Below, piece after piece: positions 57,296-64,000 of a DNA stretch of 64,000 nt. Every line of letters starts with the position of its first letter. Within the stretch, counting starts at the first letter, position 1. This DNA comes from an uncultured virus (IMG/VR IMGVR_UViG_3300043777_000336). Its lineage: Duplodnaviria > Heunggongvirae > Uroviricota > Caudoviricetes. The notes beneath the pieces are model-generated. The model did not search any database. It was not told the origin of the DNA and worked only from the letters and a program-made list of their open reading frames with translations. The position numbers and the translations under genes are program-made. Location: IMG/VR virus record IMGVR_UViG_3300043777_000336. One strand, written 5' to 3'.

Positions 57296-57469
57296 ATGAA
57301 AAAGACGCTCACCGTGAAGCTCGTACCTACGAGTCGCACCGACCTACCCTGCGTTGCATGCGGCGGTTTCCAGACCCAGTTGGCCGTTATCGTCCCGGGC
57401 GTGCCTGTCGAGGATGCACAGAACGGGATTCATCGCGTTTGTCTACCGAGCCGAAAGAGGAAGTCGTGA
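57296..57469 (+). CDS. Small Zn-finger protein
   Basis: CVACG...HRVC; GTGA-coupled to rtcB. Confidence 0.6.
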   Translation: MKKTLTVKLVPTSRTDLPCVACGGFQTQLAVIVPGVPVEDAQNGIHRVCLPSRKRKS

Positions 57470-58869
57470 GCCTCAAATATACTGTCCAGAAGGTCTCCCC
57501 CAACCACTACGTACTCCCGAAGACCGGCGGCATGCAGGTGGACGTACACGCGTTTCTGTCCGAGGAGCTCTACAATGCGTCGGAAGAGGGCGTCTGGTCT
57601 CAAATCACGAACGGCGCCTCGTTCCCCGGAGTGATCGGCGCGTATCTACTGCCGGACACCCATATCGGCTACGGCATCCCGGTCGGCTCGGTCATCGTCA
57701 CCGACGAGACGCTCATCCAAGGCGGTAGCGGCTACGACATTTCGTGCGGCGTACTCGCTATGCGGGCCGACATCAGCGCGAACTCGGTGCGAAGCAAAGA
57801 GAAGCGACGTCGCTGGGTTACGGAGGTCGAGAAGCGCATCGCTACCGGTAAAGGACACCACCGGCCGACGTTCATGCCGTCGTTCACGCGCGCCCAGGGC
57901 GACGAAATCCTTCGTCATGGGGCCCTAGCGCTCGGCGTGAACGCTGAACTCTGCGAGCGCCAGTACATTCCGGTAGCCGACGAAACAGACTTCGCCAAGG
58001 TCGAGAAGGCTTACAAGAGCGTCGTTCCGCAGCTTGGATCCGTCGGCGGAGGCAACCACTTCGTCGAGCTGCAAGCCGATCGCGATACGGGCGAGGTCTT
58101 CATCATGGTCCACTGCGGCAGTCGCGGGTACGGCTGGCAGGTCGCTAATCACTTCTTCTACGAAGGCGCGCTCGTGCGCGGACTATCAAGCAACCGACGC
58201 GAGGAATCTTGGCTTCGCGTCAACGAACCGCTCGGCAAAGAATACTGGGCCTACCACAACAGCGCCGCTAACTTCGCCGTAGCCAACCGCCACATCATCG
58301 TCAACGGCATCCGCGAAGCGACCCAAGAGGTCTTCGGAGCCGACGTGCGCGTGTACTACGAAATCAGTCACAATCTCGTGCAGGAAGAGACGCTCCGACT
58401 TCCAGACGGCACGACCAAGCGTGGGTTCGTGCATCGCAAAGGAGCAACGCGTGCGTTTCCTGCGGGTCACCCAGACCTCGTCGGGACCGTCTGGGAGAAG
58501 ACGGGGCATCCCTGTCTGATTCCGGGCTCAATGTACGAAGGAGCAGCCATCTTGTTCGCGCAGCCGGGGGCGTATGCGACAGCGTGCTCCGTCAACCACG
58601 GCTCGGGTCGCATCATGGCGCGCGGAGCGGCGAAACGGAAGCTGGAGCATAAGCAGCTACGTATCGACGAGGAGATGGATCGCGTTCAGCGGACGTTCGC
58701 TGGCGTATCGATCGAAGGGATTCTCTCTAACCATCGGCATGTACCCTTGGATGAGTGCGGGCATGTCTATAAAGACCTCGACACCGTTCTATCGGTTCTC
58801 GAGGCCGAGGGAATCGCGAAGGTCACGCGGCGGCTCTATCCGTTGGCGAACGTCAAGGGAGCGGACTGA
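57466..58869 (+). CDS. rtcB: RtcB RNA ligase
   Basis: LPDTHIGYGIPVG, GYDISCG, LGSVGGGNHFVE, VHCGSRG, SHN, VHRKGAT, IPGSM, NHGSGR, NVKG. Confidence 0.95.
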   Translation: MSLKYTVQKVSPNHYVLPKTGGMQVDVHAFLSEELYNASEEGVWSQITNGASFPGVIGAYLLPDTHIGYGIPVGSVIVTDETLIQGGSGYDISCGVLAMRADISANSVRSKEKRRRWVTEVEKRIATGKGHHRPTFMPSFTRAQGDEILRHGALALGVNAELCERQYIPVADETDFAKVEKAYKSVVPQLGSVGGGNHFVELQADRDTGEVFIMVHCGSRGYGWQVANHFFYEGALVRGLSSNRREESWLRVNEPLGKEYWAYHNSAANFAVANRHIIVNGIREATQEVFGADVRVYYEISHNLVQEETLRLPDGTTKRGFVHRKGATRAFPAGHPDLVGTVWEKTGHPCLIPGSMYEGAAILFAQPGAYATACSVNHGSGRIMARGAAKRKLEHKQLRIDEEMDRVQRTFAGVSIEGILSNHRHVPLDECGHVYKDLDTVLSVLEAEGIAKVTRRLYPLANVKGAD

Positions 58870-61800
58870 TGAAACGCCCCCGGAAACCCGATCCCGAGAC
58901 CGCCGCTCTCCTCGCCCGTGCACGAGCCGGGGAGTGGCTTACCGAAGCGGAGAAGCACCAGCTCCTCAGCTTCAACCACGACTACGTCTTCCGTTTCTTC
59001 TACAAGGGATCCGACGTTTCGGGGCACATCACGAAAGAGCAGCTGAGTCCCGATCTCGAGCCGGAAGACGTTCCGTGGCGCATGATCGGCCGAACCGAGC
59101 CCATCGTTCACGAGGACGAAGGCTTACTCCTCTCCGTGTGGAAGGACAGTAAGGGACGCGGTTGGTACTGGGGCGTCATGATCGACGCGTGTGCGGTCGT
59201 AGAGGGCTACGAACCAACTCCCGAGGAAGCTGCTCGTAGAGGCGGTGATGCCTTCGCGATGGAGCTGTTCAAACGAGAGCCTGTCGATCCACCCGACTAC
59301 ACGGCCATCGAAAATGCCAAAAAGAAAGGAGAGCCTCCGCCTTGCTCCGTCTGCGGAAAGCCTCCTCAATCCTTCTGCCCAAAGTGTTTACACACTTTTT
59401 GCGGAACGACCTGCTGTCCGAAGCAACCATTGGCAACTCGCGACTCGTGCTTCTTCTGCGACGGTCTCGTAGTCGTCGAGCTCATCAAAGGAGCTGCGGA
59501 ATAATGATTACCCTCCGCGTGAAAGCCGAAGCGCTTCTCTTCGCTGCCCAGTCCATCGAGGACGAGAACTATTTCGACGACGTCACTGCCGAAGAGCAGC
59601 GCCGCCTCGAAGCGGTCGTGAGTGGGGTTCGTGCGGCGGCCAACCTGCTCATACTCCACGTCAATGATATCGATCGGCAGGCGGCATCTTTCGACGAGTT
59701 CCGGTCGAAGCGCAAGATCCTGCCACGTCCATCGGGAAAACGAAAGCCAACGAAACTGAGGGTGGTCAAATGAAGTACGCCGCGAAAGACCTGCGAGTCC
59801 CGATGAAGATTGATTTCGCGCGCCAGGACTATGACGGAGACCATCTCGTCGAGACGGTGCTGATTCAGATCAGCGGCCCGGGGTTCGGACAGGGCTTCGG
59901 TCCCTTCTGCATGAATAGCAAGACCCAGGCTCGACAACTTCTCTTGGAGATCTGCGCGACGTTCGACTGCGCCGATCCCGAGCGTATGGCGGGTCAGGAG
60001 TGCATCGCGCTCTATTCGGATAGCCCGCACAGCGACATCGAGGGTCTCGAGTCGCCGACGACAGGCAAGCGCTTCACCATCCGAGGCTGGCGGCGCGTGC
60101 ATTACCCGGATCATGCGAAGACTCCGACCGAAGCAAGGCGAGAGCAGCTCAAGCGCGATATCTCGCACCACGAATGCCGACTCGCGGATGCCCGCACCGA
60201 GCTGGAGAACCTCGGCGAGCTGGTGGACTGGGAGACGATGCCTCCATGGACTGAGCCGTGATCATCGAGACCGCCATCATTGCCACCGCGGCGGTTATCG
60301 TCTCGTCGCTAGGGTTCGCGGACCGCGTACTGAAGAGGCAAGCAAAGCGAGACGCGGAAAACGACCCCACGTAACGAACGCCGCCGAGTTCTCGAGCGCC
60401 AACGTGCTCAGTGGATCAAGGTCGCCAATGATGCCTCGGCTAGTTACGAGGCAGCTTTTCGACAGCAATATCTCCTGAACGCAGCGGAAATTGATCGAGA
60501 GCTCATCAAGCTCGCCGAGGACAACAAATGAGAGACGATCCGAGCCCCAACTTCTGGCACACCACTCGGCCACACGATGACGAGTGCGAAAAGGCACGCG
60601 CCATCGCTAAGCAGGCAAGCCTCCCTATGCCTCCTTGCGTACCTGGCTGCCGCGTAGGTCAGCCTTGGCCGACGTGTCGACTCGACGATGCGCGTCGACC
60701 GAAAGACGCACATGACAAAACGTAAGATCAATAAGTGCCGGTGCGGGCGCCTACTAGATAAATGGGGATGCCATGACGAAGCGTGTCTGCCCCATATGAC
60801 CTCTACAGGATGGTGGGACGGGAAGAATCGAATTCCAATCAACGAATCGCCTCTAGTCACCAATATCCTCGACGCAGCCGAAGCGGTCATCGTTTGGTGG
60901 GAAATCGAGTGTGGCTGGGGCAAAGACGGCTACGACGCGGTTCCAAAGCAGCTACGGAAAGCTGTACTCGCACTCAAGGCAGCCAAGAAAAAGGTGAAGT
61001 CATGACCGACATGAAACGCTGGGGACTGAAACATGAGGGTCGCGACTTCATCGTCTATCAGGAGACGAAAGAAAAGGCCGTCGCGCTCTTCGCGAAGGAG
61101 CTCGGCGATGCCTTCCGTCTCACTGCGCCTCCGCTCATCGAGGACATCGACGCTGCTATTCACGAACTGGGCCTCCATGAGGGCGAGGGGCGCGTCCTCG
61201 TCGACAATAACCCAGCGAGGGAGACGCGGCAGGCGCACGTCGAACCAGGGCCATTGGCGAAGATCATCGACAACACCATCACGGCTTGCAACGGCGTCGC
61301 TAAGCAACTCGAGGAACATCTGGCTAACGGCACGAGCGAACATGGACCGCTCGCCAGCATGATGGGCGGTGCGGCGCTTGAACGCATGAAGAATCGAGCC
61401 AAGGGCAACCCATGAACTGGGCCGAGATCCTCGAAGAGAAGAACGCGCTCATCGCGAAACTCGAGGAGCAACTCGCAAATCGACACAAAGAGCCAGTCGC
61501 CACCGATACAGAAAAGCAACTTGCCACCGCCAACAAGCTTATCCAGTGGGCGTTCGACGCGCTGAAACCTCCCATACAAATGACGGCAGACAACAAACTT
61601 CCCGCCTTGCGAGCGGTACGTGAACGACTCGGGAAGTACCTGGAGAAGAAATGACTGATAGCGCCGAGACCGAGATAGTGAGGTTGCGCAAGTCTCTCCG
61701 GGAACTTGAGGACCGATTCTATCAGACGCTGCTCCATGGAGCTCCTCCGGGAGATGTCCTAGGCGAATTGCGTCTACGCGCTCTCTTCTACGAGAGCGTC

Positions 61801-64000
61801 ATGCAGCACCAGCCGCCTCATGAGATAGCCAGCCGGGAGTGCAAAATCGCCAAGGCCGCCGGACGTACGTGCTGCAATCCCAAGTGCAACGGCGAATGGG
61901 GGACCGGTTGCTGGTGTTGCCACGCCTTGAGCTTTGCCGTCGATGCGGAGCTCGAGACGATGAAAGCTCATCTCGCACTGAGCGCGACTCCCGACTCCAG
62001 CGCAGCCACCAAACAGGCAGAGATCGTCGGATGGCTTCGCGCCCAGGTAGGCAAGTCCAGAAAAGCGGCCGGCGACGGAGCCGCCGACTGGCTTCTTGAG
62101 CTCATCGACCGCATCGAAGCGGGCGAGACGAAGAGGGCACCGTGACCGCGAAAGAGTTGACACCGGAACGTCTCGCGTACCTCGACTTGTTGAATGAGGA
62201 TGAGGTAGACCTACGCGAAGCCCTCGATGGCCTCGCCTTCGAGCGCAATAGGAACATCTGTGATGCCTGCGCTGGCACTGGTACGCCCACGAGCGGTCCA
62301 GGCTGTATGTGCGGCGGCTCCGGTCGCATGAGCGATGCCGCGTACTACCTCCGCGAACGGTACGCCGCGGAGAAGATTCGGGCGGACAAGCTCGTGAAAG
62401 AGCTGGAAGCGGCGAAGATCGTTGTCACAAACGGCGCCATGGTGAAGTGCGTGGCATGTGGCTCCGACGCGTTCAATCTGTGCACGCACCTCCTCGCGAA
62501 TATGGTGGCCGCTCCGGTTGAGCGCGATGCGGCGAGGAAAGAACTGACGGAGACGAAAGAGCTAGCTGCAACGATCGTCGCCTGCGCAAAAAGTGACGCC
62601 GAGACGGCCCGCGCCGAGAACGCGGCGCAGAAGCGGCTGCTCGAGTCGGACGCACGGTCCAACGATTCTCCAGAGTCCCGTGCGTGGGCTCTTCTTCATC
62701 GCATAGGCGCCGACGTCCGAGCTCACGATGACACGTTGCGAGCCGAAGGCGCCGCCGCCGAGCGCGCCAGGATCGTGGCGTGGATTCGAGGGGAGGTGCT
62801 CGACGACATCAACCGTCGACAAGCCGATCCGGAACGAGGTCCGGTAATGTGGCTAGCCGATATTATCGAGAAGGGAGCCATCCATGGTTGAATTCAAAGC
62901 GCTGAAAACCTGCGAAGTCTGCGGCGAGACGAGTGAGGGCGGCCATCTTCATAACCAGACATTTCACCGACTGGACAATCGCATCTCCGCTTTTGAGCGG
63001 CCCGGTCCCACGAACGAACCGACCGAAGGGACGGCTGTGCGTGCCGGATTTCGTCTAGCGCCCGACCTGTTGGGCGTGCCGACGTTCTGGTGCATCGAGT
63101 GCGGTCGTGACTCAGGCTTTCATTATTCGAAATGCTCGAAGTCGTCAGACGCAGAGAAGCACGCAACGGCCGAACGTGAGCGCATCCTCGCACTATTCCT
63201 GACCGACGAAGCTAAAGCCGAAGTCGCATCGCGCTTGAAGCTCGGCGAGGCGGATATCTATCTGCTTATCGCCGCGATTCGGCGGGTCGTTCGCGGTGGA
63301 CCAGAGGGTGGCCGCCAGTGGAAGGAAACGCGCGTAGAGCAAACCTCGGTTCCAAATGCCCATCCTTCCCAAGGAGAGCCTGCTCCTCCCGTACGTTGGT
63401 TTCACTGGCCGGCAACGTGCTCGTGCCCGCTCTGCGTACCAGGCAAGCCGATGGGACCCGTCATCGAAGAAGAGCTCGAGTGCTCCGGTTGCGTTGACGC
63501 CGCCGGACAATGGATAGGACCGTGCGAGGACGGCCGCCAACATCGCACATGGTGCAGTACCGGAATTCGCGAACTCCGGAAACGGACCGGATCACCCATG
63601 GATGACCTCGTGTGCGCGCCCATGGTACCGAAGCGCAGGGATCCGGCGCCGAGCCACGTACCCCCTGAACTCGACGCTCTACTTCACGTTCTCTGGACAC
63701 GCGCCGTCGGGACGCCTGGATACGTGAAGAGCGACTGGAGAGACCTAGAACACGCCATCTACAAACTGGGCACGCCATGAGCGACCTCGCCAAACGAGCG
63801 CGTGACTGGTGGTTACGGGGCGACCCGACGCGTCCAGACTTCGTGGAGTCCCTCACAGCGCTTCTCGAAAGCGTCGCCGCTGAGGCCGCACCAAAGATAG
63901 ACGCGACCCACGAAAAGGCAGCGCTTGCCTGGCTGGGTCCCGATTGGGGCGATCTCGCAGCAGCAGAGTCGCTCGCTGCCTTGCTCGCCGCCAGCGAGGC
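58869..64000 (+). other. Array of coupled small hypothetical genes, many with CxxC motifs; last ORF (63777..) runs off the window
   Basis: 58869-59504, 59504-59773, 59770-60261, 60712-61005, 61002-61415, 61412-61654, 61651-62145, 62142-62891, 62884-63780. Confidence 0.6.

Overview
This window is a GC-rich, gene-dense segment of a large virus or virus-like mobile element, mostly + strand with translationally coupled ORFs. No capsid, terminase or tail gene is recognisable. Myxobacterial-style Cys-rich and DAG-repeat lipoproteins hint at a Myxococcota host (inference). Layout: (i) 1-11.5 kb and 47-55.5 kb are two clusters of small membrane-protein genes. At least 20 share a basic leader ending in Asn-Pro (RRNP-like), then one TM helix and a Ser/Thr/Pro/Gly-rich tail. 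Many carry unrelated cargo domains fused upstream of NP, and a second set has an R-G-[LF]-G-Q leader. (ii) 11.7-14.3 kb holds a Cre-like tyrosine recombinase and a non-coding control region with a perfect DnaA box, short repeats and operator-like palindromes. (iii) 14.3-40.5 kb is an early/accessory operon (Ycf46-like AAA ATPase, DUF3560-methyltransferase, ComM-like ATPase, TPR protein, second AAA ATPase, lysins, HNH proteins). (iv) A split RNA-repair system: Ro60/TROVE followed by three Y-RNA-like units (one with a permuted tRNA-like domain, YrlA type) and an unidentified structured RNA, plus RtcB 15 kb away. Each half sits next to a copy of the same small HTH gene. The strongest candidate for an undescribed system is the NP-leader/TM cargo-fusion family. 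All family assignments come from motif recognition, not database searches.
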